64,000 bases of DNA from NCBI GenBank assembly GCA_028534125.1, contig CM052832.1, forward strand, positions 34,224,001-34,288,000, given 5' to 3'. The position numbers were made by a program, and so were the translations under genes. Numbering within the stretch: position 1 is the stretch's first letter; each line of letters opens with the position of its first letter. Positions 25,913 to 38,432 of this stretch are shown here, one piece after another. The notes beneath the pieces are model-generated. The model ran no database searches, was not told the DNA's origin, and saw only the letters and a program-made list of their open reading frames with translations. This DNA is from Lama glama (taxonomy: Eukaryota).

Positions 25913-28900
25913 AGAGAGCAGGCTGAGTGGGGGCAGACCTGGGTCCCGCGTGGCTGGTGGCTGGAGGTTGTCTCATTGGCAAGGTTCTAGGGAGGAGCCC
26001 CAGGCGGCAGCTGCCCGCAGGCCCCTGGGAACCCCGACGAAGGGTCCTCCACCTGCAGTCTTCCGCGCCGTCCGCACTACACCCTGTCAGTGACCACGCA
26101 GGGCAACCTGTGGGCGTGCAGAGTCTGACTGTCTGGTCTTTAGCTGAATGTGCCTCTGAGACGTCTCCATCCCACAGCGGGAGGCCCTGTGTTAGGGCCT
26201 GTCACACCCATGCTGGTGGGCAGCCTCAGCCCTCCACGTCCACAGCTTTTTCCAGGATGTACGAACCAGGAGCTGGAGCGAGACACGTGACCTCTCGGGC
26301 TGCGCCTTCGTCCAGAACCACCTGCTCAGACTCTAGACTGGGCTGGAAGGAGGGCGAAGACGGGGCTGGGGAAGAGGCCCCTGAGGTCTCACGTGTGTCT
26401 GAACCTTTGAAAAGACCTAATTCTGGGCACCCAAGTGCGGGGGGCCTGGATGAGGGTCGTGCCTGTATGTCACCCCGGTTCTGCTCAGGTCTGTCCAAGT
26501 CCCAGGATGTGGTCACTCTAGGGGCGAAGGGAGGGGGCATAGAAATGGAAGATACTGAACATAAACCAAGTCCAGCCCTTGTCCTTTCAGTGTTCCAGCG
26601 TCACTGACAACCTTCAGCTGTTAATTAGTCGTTTCACAAAAGTCTGTTCATCTGAACGCCCAGACGCCAGGCCGCTGTCCCTGTAAGCCCGCGGAGGAAG
26701 GTTTTCTCTTGGCTTCAAGGTGGGCGTGGGTCAACTCTGTCATCTCAAGGGGACGCCTGACACTAACAAACCTGGCCTCCCCGCATCTCGTCCCAGCCCT
26801 GAACGCTGCCACGTGCACGCAGGTGCTCCTGGCGTTAAGTTTTCTCCCGGGAGCCCAGGCCGGGTCCCGGCGCCCACCTACCTGCAGGGAATGGGAGGGT
26901 CGAAAGCAGTGTCGGTGGCCGACGAGACGCCACTTCTTGGCTGGTTTCCATCGCACTCGGGTTTCCAGCTGAGCCGAACGTGCTGTGTGCCTCCCCACAG
27001 GCTGCGACAGGCCCACTCCAAGAGACCAGCTTTGGGGTGGGCGGGGCGCGCTTGTTTCCACATGTGGCCACCGGCTGCGCAGTCTCCCCTGAGGGCAGCC
27101 CCTCGGGAGGACGGGCTGCACCCCGGCTGGTCGTCCAGGGCCCGGGAGCCTCCTGGGGGCTTCTGCCCCACCCGCAGCCCTGACACTGCCCTTTAACTGG
27201 AATAAGGACCCCCCCCGCCCCCACTTCTGATGTTTTATCTGAACCCCTGGCAGAAGCCTAGCTTGTAATTTTTTAATTAAGACGCCGGCGCTTGGAGAGG
27301 TGGTGACAGCGGGGCTCCGGGCTCGTCTGGCCCGTCACAGGCTCCAGGACAGGGCTGGGGCCGGGTTTCAATCAGGTTGCAGCATGAAGTTAGGATCTGT
27401 GATAATCTAATTACTCACGGGAACAGAGGCTCATTGAAATGGGAGGCACTCTTGTTGCCCACACGCCTGTGCCTTTCCGTGCTCTGCCCTTGGACTGAAG
27501 TTTCTCACCAGCAGATTGAAAGTTGGACGTGTCACGAGACTGGTTTCTCCCCTTCCAGAGATTACCTTCCTCCTGGGCTCTCTTGGGCAAATAATTCGGA
27601 GTGCTGGTGGATTCCACCTGGCGGGGGGGTTGCCACCCCCTGGTCAGAATGGAGCTTGCAAAGCGGTGTCCCTTCAGGGCTGTCCTGTGAGGCCACTTTA
27701 CCTGCCTCAGAGGGCCCCTGGCGTCCTTGCTCCCGGAGTCCCTGGTCTAGGCTCTACCTCCCAAGGGTGACGCATGACACACCTGTCTTTCCAAGGAGCT
27801 CCTTCACTCCATCACGACCCTCATCTCAGCCCCTTGAGCAGCGGGCAGTGGGGTCCTGTGGGGCAGAGACGCGGCAGCTGAGTTAGATGGAGGACCCGAG
27901 AGCCTGAGCCTGCGCCTCCAGTGGAAGAGTCGGACACAACACAGCGACAAGAGGTCCAGGCGGCCCCGGAGCGGAGCGAGAGGGCTGCCAAAGGCGGGCT
28001 GGTCTCAGACGGGCTTGTGGCGTTGGCGATCGGTGTCGGGGCTGAGGTTCCCAGGAAGCGGCTCATCCCTGAAGCACAGGAGCTTCGACGTTCGTGAACC
28101 AGAGTTCCTCGGCCTGAGCTCGGCCTTGCTGGGCTCTGGGAGGGGACGCTTCCTCCCCTTACGTCACGTGCCCCCGGTCGTCTCAGTTTCTGCCTGTGCT
28201 CCCAAGGTCATGGCCAGCAGCGCCCTTCCGCTCTCGAAAGCGCCCGAGTTTGGACAGCAAGGTGTGCGGCCGTTCCCGGTGATGCAGGTCGGTCGCTGCC
28301 TCCCTCCCGCGCATCTCGGGGACACCCCGGGCGCAGAGGCCTTCTTCTCCCACGTGCGTATCCTCCGAGCCGCTCTTCAGTCTCCTCCTCTGTGGGGCCG
28401 TCCTTACGACGGTCTCGGTGTCTTGGTCTGTGACTCCTCTGGTCTGCGTGGTCTCTGGGTCTGTCTGCTTTGATGACGCCCCCACCGTGGACTGCGTTTG
28501 CCTGCTCCTTGTGTGTCTGCTGATTTCCGAGTGGGTGGCAGGACTGCCGTTTTTGTCTCGTTGGGTGTCCGGTGTTCTCGTGTTCTTTCAGGTTCTCTCG
28601 GGCTCTGTCCTGGGACACCGCGAGCCACCTGAAAACAGCCCGTCCTCCTGGAGCTCGCTTTCGAGCTTGGTTGCATGGCACCAGAGCAACCTCCCTTTAG
28701 GGGTATTTCTTCCCTTCTCAGTACGCCTTTTCACATCCGCGTTCTGGTCAGACGCCGCTGGAGAGAAGGGGGGACCCTCGGCACACCCCTGCAGCGCCGC
28801 CCCTGGCAGGGCTCTCTTTCCCACGAAGCTCCCTTCTCCCCATTACTCTGCTTGGCAAGCTCAGCCGCGCCCGCTCGGCTTAGGGAGGCCGCCAGGCGTT

Positions 28901-29467
28901 GCTCGGTGCCTCCTTCCTGCACTGTTGCTTCACGGAGCACCCTCTCCAGGCAGCAGCGGTGCCATCCCAGGGCTGACCTCGTCTGTTCTCTTCTCTCAGG
29001 AGTCACTCTCCTGTGCTGCCTGTTGCCCGATGTCTGAAATTCCAATTTCCTTTTTATTGTTGTCAGTAAAGGCAGGAGGGTGAATCGGATCCCTGTCACT
29101 CTGTCCCAAACAGAAGTCCACACCCTGAATTGAGGGCCATTCCCACCGCCGTGTCCTCCTTCCCGACGGGCTCTCCTCCCGTGTCAGCCTGACCGCGTCC
29201 GTCCCCGCTGCTCGGTGTCTGCTTGTTTCCGCGGTCTGTTCTCCTCGTTGCTCGTTTAGTTCTTGTCTGTCCTTCCTTTCACTCTTCCCAGCTTCTGCAC
29301 CAGGAGGCTGGTCTTCCACAGGCCTCACCATCTGTGGGGTCAGACCATAACTTCCATTTCAAAGATGGGCTGACTTCTCTGGCCGTCCGCTGGCGTCCAC
29401 CCTGCTCCCGCTCTCCTGCTCCTTCTGTCTATGTGTTTATGCACTTGTCTGCTTGTCAGCACCTCTT

Positions 29468-29540
29468 TATCATCTATCCATTATCTGTCTATCTGTCTAT
29501 CAATTATCTATCTGTCTTCCTATCTATCATTTCCTCTATT
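29468..29540. repeat. Degenerate (TCTA/TCTG)n microsatellite
   Basis: tatcatctatccattatctgtctatctgtctatcaattatctatctgtc. Confidence 0.85.
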
Positions 29541-29579
29541 ATAGAAACTTTGAAATAAAATGTCTGTCTGGTTTGATGA

Positions 29580-30110
29580 GATTATAGAAGAAAGAGGTAA
29601 GGATGTCAAGAGTCGAAGTCAGAGAAATAAGATGACAGATCACGGGGGATCTTGCCCAGACTTCTGGACCCGGCACAGTAGTGTCTGGAGAAAAAGTGAA
29701 GGCTTTTTGCCATTGAAGGGTTAGGACCAGATCAAACTTCATGAAGACCACTCTAGATGCCGTGTGGAGAGTGGATATTGTGGGAACAAGGCTACAGGGA
29801 GAGTGAGTGGGGACTTGGTTTATTTCAGCTGAGAAATAATGACGTGCTAAGAGGCGGTTCTGGAAGCGGAGAGTGGGACTGGATCAGGGATACACAGAGG
29901 CGGACCTGGCAGAGGCTGGTGCTGACTGGACGTGGAGGGAGACAGACGGGGCGTCAAAGCTCTAGCGGCTGTCCCTGTGGGGCGTGGGGCACCAAAGAGA
30001 GACTGCATTTGGGCTGCACCATGCTGAGCTCAATTTTGGGTGTACTGAAGTCGGACTGTTTGTGACGCACGACTGGGGTTGCTGGGAAGATCATTAGTAT
30101 GTGGCGTGGC
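29580..30110 (-). mobile_element. LINE-2 fragment, antisense
   Basis: G/A-rich; gaccactctagatgccgtgtggaga and gagctcaattttgggtgtactgaagt match antisense L2 motifs. Confidence 0.6.
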
Positions 30111-30587
30111 GGCGCGGCAGAGCGAGCTGGGAGTGACGCAGGCGTCTTCAGTTTACAGATGACGGGTCCAGGTGCCCCGGGACGCGGAGGCGGCCGCTCA
30201 GACGGCACAGAACCGCGCCGCAGCCCCCACCTAAGTGCCTTCGCTCCCACACTGCAGTGTTTTCTGTCTCTAAAGCGTTATGGAAGCAAGACCTGTGTCC
30301 GCGTCTCTCTTTGGCCTCACACCTGACATCCAGAAGAAAATTCAACAGGGGCAAACGGTTTTCACATTTACACTCGCAGCCTGCACACCCTCATTTTCCT
30401 GCCGGCTCAGGAGCGAGCAGGGCGGACAAACTGCAGCCCCTACGAGGCTGCGGGACTTTACGACCGCGCGTCTGTGAGCTCTGCTCCTCCGGCGAAAGCA
30501 GGGGGCTGAGGCGACCCCCTGGCCCTCGGTGACTCTGGGGATGGTTTTACCTTTAGCCTCATGACCCTGAACTTCTTTGTTACACAG

Positions 30588-30615
30588 AATGTGCTGTGAT
30601 TTCCCAGCACAGCAG
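30588..30615 (+). CDS. Candidate 28-nt exon
   Basis: ccctgaacttctttgttacacag|AATGTGCTGTGATTTCCCAGCACAGCAG|gtatct. Confidence 0.3.
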
Positions 30616-31309
30616 GTATCTTTGTGTGTTTCTTGACCTATATTCTCTTACGGGCCAGTCTTCCCCTATTGGCGAAGCTTAATCTTGCACATTGATTTTT
30701 TTAGTTACCTATTTATGTGAAGGCGGACTTTTCAGAACTTCGCCCAGCTTCTCAGGGCCGTGGCAGGAGGCGACCTTTGAACTCAGACAGGCCTTGGCTG
30801 GAGTGCAGCTCTGTTGTTGGCGAGCCCGTGGCAACAGGCAAACTAACTTCTCTGGGCCTGGGTCCTGCACCTGAGCACTGCGGCCGAGATGTGCTTGTCC
30901 CGGGCTTTGCGAGGACGCAGGGAGCGGCGCGCGCGAGGAGCCAGCTGGCGGGGCCAGGACGGGCGTCTTTCATGGCTCGGGCCCCCGTGTTCTCCTGCCC
31001 CCGAGGGCTCTTTCTGAGAACCTGTGCTGTGCGGGCCCCACGGGGAGGGGCACGGTCAGCGACGAAAGAACACCGGCTCACGTCCGCCAAGTGTAGCCCC
31101 ACTGGTCCCCGTTTCACACTTGCTGCGATTCCCGCCCCCTTCCTCCAGCCAGGGGAAGTATGTTTAAAGGTTTCCCATCTTCCCGGGGCTCCGGGAGGCC
31201 TCTGGTCTGAGGGGATGGACTTCCTCCCTCCCCGCTGCCATCTGGAACTCTTTGTTCAGGCCTCGGTCAGAAAAAACCAACACCCGAACTTAGGAAAATA
31301 ACATTTGGC

Positions 31310-31445
31310 AGGAACTTGGCAACAATAGCCCCCTTGTTGCCAGAACCCTCCTTTGCAGTGTGGGTGGCTCAAATGGCGCTTAATTAAATGCATTTTCCTG
31401 TAAATTCTCAGCGCTGTGCTTATTTTTGCTGGTGGCTAATCACCG
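31310..31445. promoter_or_regulatory. Candidate enhancer with palindromic SOX-dimer/RFX-like site and homeobox motifs
   Basis: tggcaacaa-N8-ttgttgcca perfect inverted repeat (31317-31342), cttaattaaat and gctaatc. Confidence 0.4.
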
Positions 31446-31734
31446 TGCTGTCTCGAAGACGACTCGGCTTCACAGCTTGCAGAGGGGAGCCCGCGCGCAC
31501 GACTCCACGCACGCGGCTAGGTCAGTCCCCTGCCCGCTGCCCCCACCTCTCGGGTGACAAGGGACGCATCCGCCTTCCCTGCTCGTTGCTCTGTCGTGCA
31601 GCACCTCCCTCCCGCCCGGTGCCCCGACAGACCTGCAGATAGAAGCAGTCCCCGCTGGGTCGGGGCCGGTCACGACCGGGGCACGCACTGTCCTCGGGGC
31701 CCCGTATCTGCGACCTAGTTCAAGGCGCACGGCT

Positions 31735-31890
31735 CTTTGAGGTGAGTGTTAGTACTCCCATTTAGAAGGTGGAGAAAACCAGGCTCAGAGAGAGTAAGGG
31801 CTTTGGTCACTCAGCTGGGAAGTGGTGAGGCTGAAGAGTCGTCGAGAGATCTGTCTGCTGCCAAGGCCCGCGACCTTCCCCTCACACCCC
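31735..31890. mobile_element. MIR
   Basis: ctcccatttagaaggtggagaaaaccaggctcagagagagtaaggg...ggtcactcagctgggaagtggtgaggctg...tctgtctgctgccaaggccc. Confidence 0.85.
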
Positions 31891-32384
31891 ACGGGCTTTC
31901 CTGGGAGAAGGTGCGATTGCGTTTCCAGATGCCTCGTGAAGCTCCCCTCAGAGGATGGTGTCTGCCTGTGTTCGGCTCCACCCTCGGCCCCAGGCGTCCT
32001 GTGTCCAGCGCGGACACATTAGGAGGTGACGCAGAAGGAGGGGGCCCGGCACTCCCCGCCCTCCTCAGCCCCGGGCGGTGCCCGGCGAGACACAGTCACT
32101 GCCTCCGGTTTTGAGTTACCAGTTTGCTTATATACGCACAGTTGTGTAGGCCCAGTGTTTTTTGTGTTTGAAGACAAAGGAGGAGGTTGGCGGAAAGTTG
32201 TGAACGGGGCCGGGGGGGCACAGGAGATACGTTCGTCTGACGCTCGTAACCCCCGGTTTCCTCTCGTCGGTCCTTCGCAGGTCTGAGCCTCGCGGGAGGA
32301 GCGTGCGTGTTGGCAGCACGTGCTGCACAGAGTCTTTGGGACACACGCTGACAGCTCTGTCCGCTGTGCTACGTGTCAACAGAG

Positions 32385-33910
32385 TTAACGAAATGCCTTC
32401 CTTGGCCTTCGTTTAAAAGATATTTTTCTGTGCCTGGAATTTGCCAACTACTTTCTTGCAGCGTTTTAAAGATGTTACCCATCGTCGTCTGGGCTCCACT
32501 GTTTTCTTTTGTCTTTGTTTTTGATTTTTTCGTTTTGAAAATTCAGCTGTGAGTATGACCCTTTCTCCCCTGAATGGGATGGAGCCTCCTTGCTGCCGTC
32601 AGGTCTCACCCTGGCTACTTGGAAGGTTCCCTGTGCTTTTGGTTTTCAGCATGTTGACCAGTGACGTTTTCAGTGCAATGTGACTCTGATGTTTCTAGAT
32701 GTGTTTTCCCACCTTTGTATTCATCCTGCTTCAGTTCTGTAGAGCTTCTTAAATCTGCGTCTGTACCGTTTTGGGAAACTTCTTGGCCAATCCCTCTTCA
32801 AACACTGCCTCTGTTCCTCTACGTCTCTGTCTTCCCCGGAGCTCCGACCGCACGTGTGCCACACCTGTTGACTGTGTGGGAAGTTCCTTATCTTCTTGTG
32901 CGCATTTCCCATCATTGTTCTCTTTGCCCAGCCCTCCTTCAGGCCGTTTCCCCTCCTCTGTCCACTGCTCTGCTGAGCTCACTGTTGACAGCCTGTCTGC
33001 CCTCTTTATTCTGATGAGTCTATGTTTTACTTCCAGAATTTTTACTTTTTACAGATCTTTAAAAACATCAGTGCCACATCTTTGTCCTCTATTCTTTCAA
33101 CTACATTGATCCTAGTTACTTTAAAATTCCGCCTGATAACAGTGACACCTCGGTCACCTGGGGCTGTTTCTACCGTCTGTTTTCTCCTGGTTTTCGCCCT
33201 TCGGGTCCTACTTGTTAGCATGCCTGGTAGTTTATGATTGGATGCTGGGTACTGTGTACAGAACTGTAGGCTCTCTGCATGATGTTATCTTGCATCTTTT
33301 GTAGGAGTTTCTTTCCTTCTAGCAGACAGTTAGAGGGGAGCAGGTTACCTTGGTCCCTTCAGGGACTGAGCCAGCCCAAGTCTCTGTGGGCGGGACTAGC
33401 CCCACGTCCCCTGACCACCAGGGCCTGGCCCTCGGGGGTCTGTCTTCTCTCTCCGGTACCACGAGGCTCGTGGACATTCTGCTCAGGTCTGTGGCCTCCG
33501 AGCTGGCGCTCGCCTCCCGGCTTCCTGTCTCTCGTTGCACACGGGCTGGGGACTGGCCGGGCCCCGAGCTGAAGGGCGCTGCAGGGCGCCACGCTCCCTT
33601 CTCTGGGATTCTGTTTCTCCGCACCCTTGGCTTCTCCGGCACTGCTGCCCTGGGGGCCCTGGGCTCCACCCTGGCGCCTGTGAACACGCCACGTCTCTGC
33701 CTTCTGCGTGAGCCGGAGCATCGCCCAGGACGTGGCAGATGTTTTGCGGGAAAAGCAGGCGAGAATATTGGGGTCACTTGAGTTTCTTTCCTCTGAGATC
33801 CTGGCCCCTCAAGTCCCGGCTGACGCAGGTGCCGTTCATGGTCTTTCAACAACTCCTTTAGTATTTTGTCCAGATTTTACCCTTGTTCTCAGGGGGATGG
33901 CTGGATTGAC
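32385..33910 (-). mobile_element. Ancient L1M ORF1/5' region, antisense
   Basis: ttaaagatgttacccatcgtcgtctgg, tttgtattcatcctgctt...gagcttcttaaatctg, ttttgggaaacttcttggcc. Confidence 0.75.
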
Positions 33911-34134
33911 ACAGGCTGCTCCGCTAGAGCAGGAGCGAAAGTGCTGTGTCGACGGCTCTGACCTGGAAGCCCCCTTCCTCTTCCGTGGTCTCACTCAGCC
34001 CACTCAGATGGTGAAATGCACATAGCCTGGGTCCCGGCACTGAAGTGAAATGAGAAACACCGAGGTTTGTCCCAGGATTGGCAGGAACTTGTTCTGCAGT
34101 GATGGGTCTCCTGGGCCCAATGCTCTGCCTGTAG

Positions 34135-34239
34135 CGTGGGCACACCATCCTCTCATCTGATTGTGGGAGCGACTGAAGTTGCTGAAATGAGTAGAAGTTT
34201 CTTTGAGAAAAAGAGATTTTCTCACCACTCCTCCTCATT
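34135..34239 (+). CDS. Candidate 105-nt exon (VGTPSSHLIVGATEVAEMSRSFFEKKRFSHHSSS)
   Basis: tgctctgcctgtag|...CTCATT|gtaagt. Symmetric length; only one frame (phase 2) is open. Confidence 0.35.
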
Positions 34240-37200
34240 GTAAGTTAGTTCCTGGGGCAGAGGTGACCAGTGACCTCTCTCCAGTGGGATCTCGCTCTGA
34301 CGAGGAGCACCAGCCCCTCCTGCACTGGGTCAGGCCTGCGCTGACCGCCTGCCCCCATCACAGGCACCTGGAGGGGGCGTGAGCAGGTGCTAATTCAGGG
34401 TGTGGCTGGCATCCACGCAGCGTGCGTGCCGTCCTGCGGTGTCCTCAGAGCCGGGGCCCGGCTGAGCACACACACAGGTGTGCCGTCAGTGGATATGGTC
34501 CGAGGCACCTGAGTAAACCCAACTGAGTCACCGTTTTCCCAGGTTAACCTAAACTAAAAATAACACTTTTGTCTCTTATTAATAAGCTGGTTATTATCTA
34601 CTGTTTTTCTGTGGGTTCAGGGCTGGAGGAGGAATCATGCTGTGATTACAGGCGGGTGGAGCAGTGCTGACTCCGGTGGGGTGGGGCCGCACACAGGCCT
34701 GTGGTCTGTCCCAGGGCTCAGCTGAGACGGCTCGTCGCTCCTCAGTCCTGACCGTCACGCAGGAGGAGCCACAGAAAGCCCTGTATTTGGTCCGGCGAGG
34801 GGTGCCGTGTGGGGGAGTGGGGGCACAATGACCCAGCAGCAGTGGCTCCTTCCTCCTTCTAGTCCCACGAGGGGTCCAGTCTTAATCTAAGTCACGAACC
34901 GGAAGGAAAGCTACGGTGTCCTGGAGGTCAACCCAGGGCAGGCGTGTACCGCGGGCCTCCTCTTGTTTTGAAATCCCTGCAGGTCTGTGTCTGTCTCTCC
35001 TTGACAAGATCTGGTGGATCTGGGGTTACTTTTTTCTTTGCATTTCAAGAGACCCTCAGGGCACCCAAGTTACTGCATAGGTGAGGGAGAGAGAGCAGGA
35101 GGCAGCCTCTGCAGAGGCCCCGCTCAGCCTCGGGGAGCAGGGCTGTTGGGGCGGACGTGAGGCCTCTAGGAGCCCGGGCCCCATTGGCTGATGGGCGGCG
35201 GGGGCCCACAGACCCTGCGCCAGGACGTGCTTGCCATTGGGCTGCCCCACGGCACCTGCTGTCCTGACACACACGCCCTCTTCCTGCCTCAGTCTTTAAA
35301 CAGCTGCCCACGAGCTGGTCGTGCCCATCCAGCCCGGGAGTCACCAGGGTCCTCCACAGGAGTGGGGGAGGGAGCCTGGAGCAGAGGTTCCCATGACCAA
35401 GCTCCCCTGTGGGGAGACCAGGCCACTGCCCTGAATCCGCCCAGCAAGGCCCCGCGGGATCGCACAAGCTGACAGCAGGGGTGTGCGCACCCACCCCTCA
35501 TCCTCGGCACCTCGTGGGGCACCTGGCACCACGCAGTGTGTGGTGGACGCCGCGCTGGACCTGGAGGCCTGGAACGGGCCCCAGCAGGAGCCCTCCTCCC
35601 CAGGACAAAGCCTTCCCTTTGCACCGCCCTGCCGTCCAGGTGGGGCAGCAACACGGCCGACCGCCTTTCTCATTAGACGTGATTTATTGACGTCGCACAG
35701 CCTTTGATCTCGCTGAGACACAGAGCAGAGACGTGATGGCTGTATAGAGGCCGAGTGTGGGGGTGGGGGAATGCCAGGAACAGGCAGGGAGGGGCCGGCC
35801 CCAAGGAGCCTGGAGCCGAAGATGCGGCCAGACTCAGTCCAGCTCAACCCGCAGCTGCCATCCACACGTGTGCCCGGAGGAGACCCTGGAGAGCTGGCCT
35901 CGCCACCACAGCTGCTGTTCATTCTCTGTGCTCTCTGCCCGGGCAGCGGGGCCTGCCGTGGGCTCGTTGGAAAGTGGCTCTGGGCCTCTGTGTTGCCAGC
36001 ACTAGGGGGCATCTCGCAGGCTCCAGGCTGGGACAGCCTCCCCGGTCCCAGGGAGCTGGGTGAGGCCCGTCCCAGGGGGTCCTCTTTCTTGGCCAGAGCT
36101 CCAGGTTTGCCTGTTGTGGGCGGCGTCTGTTTTGTTTGATGAACGAGGACTTGGCCCTGCTCTTCTTCACCGCGGCGGCTTCGGAGGCTTTAATCAGAGG
36201 CCATTTGGAAATACCGCCGGCTAATTAGCTGTTGATGATGCAACGAGGGTGACTGTCTCTCGGTGCCTTAAACCTTCCCCTGCGACGCAGACGTGCCACA
36301 CTCGGGCTTGACCTGCCAGGGAGACAGCTCGCCTGCTGGGCAAGGCTCCGTCGACACGAGCAGGGAGCCGCGGGCCCGTGCAAGCGGCGGCACGTCGGTG
36401 CCCCCGAGCGGGACGGGGGGCGCACCTGGAGGCGGGCACGGCACCCTGGTGCCACTGCCGGTCCCTCCGCTGTGTTTGTGGAAAGAACGTCAGGCAGCAT
36501 GGAGCTCCTTCCCTAAATGAGAACTTCCAGGAGAAAGAGGAAGCGGGATTCAAGTGCATGTCTGTTTCCCTGCATTCTTATGCTGGTTTCCGGCTTATAA
36601 AGGGTCTCGCCTTTCATTCGGCCCCTGCTTAGCACCAAACATGCGCTGCATCCCGTAGACACAGGCTCGAACCCGGCCGGGGAGGCGCTCGTAGGCAGAA
36701 TTAGAAACAAACAGGAGACAATTACAGAAGAGCATTAAAGGGGCAGGTGCTGCCTGGGCCCTGCCCTGGCACCTGGCGGAGCGGGCGGGGCACGGCCGGC
36801 AGCCCCCCGAGGCCCGGGAAGGAGGGCGGCCAGTCCCTCAGGTCCACAGACGTCGCTGCCCTCGGCTGTGAGACCGTCCGAGCCGATGTTAACTAGTTCA
36901 CCAGGGGCCGTCACCTGACGTGGGGCCTGGCGTCTGGCTCACCGTCTGTATTTGTGCAACAAACTGACTGGAGCTCCTCCCGTTGGTGCGTGTGGGAATT
37001 TAGACAGAAGTTGAACCAATTCACCTTGAACTACCAGCAAAAGAAAGGGTTTGACAAGTAAATTGACAATTAAGAAAAGTTACACGGACCTGCTTAAACT
37101 TCCAAGGAGAACCATTGTTTCAAGGCCCTTTTAAGTATCAGTTTCCTTTCAAAAGAATAAAACTGTTATTTCACACAGTTTCCTGAAAAGCTAGACCTAA

Positions 37201-37789
37201 GTATAAAGTCTAGTTCTGTCATTTGAATTTCTTGAATATGCTCAAGCTAAACTTATTTTTGAAAGTCTGTAAGTAAGTTTTTACCAAATCATATCACACG
37301 GTGTGAGTTAGGGTCCTTTTAACCTTTTTGAATTATTAATATCCGCAAACTGCCTCAGGTAAAGGTCTCGAGCTGGTTGCCGTAAGAGAACTATTCTTGG
37401 CCTGCTGAGGATGTGAGCCCCTGCGAGAACCGGACCAAGGAGACGGGCCTCTCGGGAAAGCGCAAAGGCGCGGACAGCGCGGCAGACTGTGTCAAAGGAC
37501 TCGGACCCGCGGGCCGTCTGACTGCAGGTGCTCTGCCTTTCCAGCCTGGGCTGGACGCCTGGGCGGGCGCTCCTGGCCCAATGTGAGAGCGTCCTCGGGT
37601 CCGGTGGCTTCTCAGCCCACGAAATCAGGAGGAGGAGCCGGTCGTGGGAAACACAGCAAACAGAGTAGTTTTGTAAACTCAGAAAAGAAAAGAGAACACA
37701 AGAGAGGCTGTGACGTACCAGCTGTCTTGTCGTGTTTGTGTAACAGTGTCTTTCAGCCTCCGGGCCCGGCTCGGGTGAGCAGGGGGCCA

Positions 37790-38432
37790 GGCTGTCCCCC
37801 CCAGACGCCACGCAATCGAGCCCAGCTCTGACCCCGTCGTCCCCCCAGCGACTGCACAGGTCAAGGCTCAGCCCCACCCCGGATGCCAGTCACAAGTCCA
37901 GACCATCCCCTGTGCTTCTGACCAGCTGGCTGTGGTCTGCAGGTCCCCATGGCCTCTTCCTCTGGTTGGACGAACTTGCTAGAGCAGCTCCCAGAGCTCA
38001 GAGAAACACTCTGCCAGCTAGGTCGCCCAGCGCGCACATGGGGCTGTGACGCGGGAGGACGAGAGCGGCAGGTACGGGGACGGGGCACATTTCCCGCCCT
38101 CGCCAGGCGCCTTGCTCCCCAGCCCGAAAGCTCTGCAAAACTGTCCTTCTGCAGTCATTACGGAGGCACGATTGACTGGATCACTGGTCAGTGGTGACCG
38201 ACTCAACCGCAGCCCCCGCCCTCGCCGGGGGTCAGGAGGTGGGGCTGAAAGTTCCGACCCGCGGACCCTGGTGCATCCCCCGGCAACCCACCTGTCCTCG
38301 GGTGTCCCCAGACACCACCTCGTTAACAAGACGAAAAGCACCTCCACCGCCTCAACACTCAGGGAGTCCCACGGTTTTAGGAGCTCTGCGCCAGAATCTG
38401 AACAAAAAGCGAACACGGGTTTCTTGTTATAA
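37790..38432. mobile_element. MER21-like ERV LTR
   Basis: acaggtcaaggctcagccc, aacttgctagagcagctcccagagctcagagaaacact, ggtggggctgaaagttccgaccc and ggttttaggagctctgcgccagaa in MER21 order. Confidence 0.8.

Noticed and set aside
37190-37285. ctagac...gtctag hairpin and tandem gtaagtaagt donors
   Set aside because: The stem is only 6 bp. No convincing exon or RNA-gene structure could be defined.
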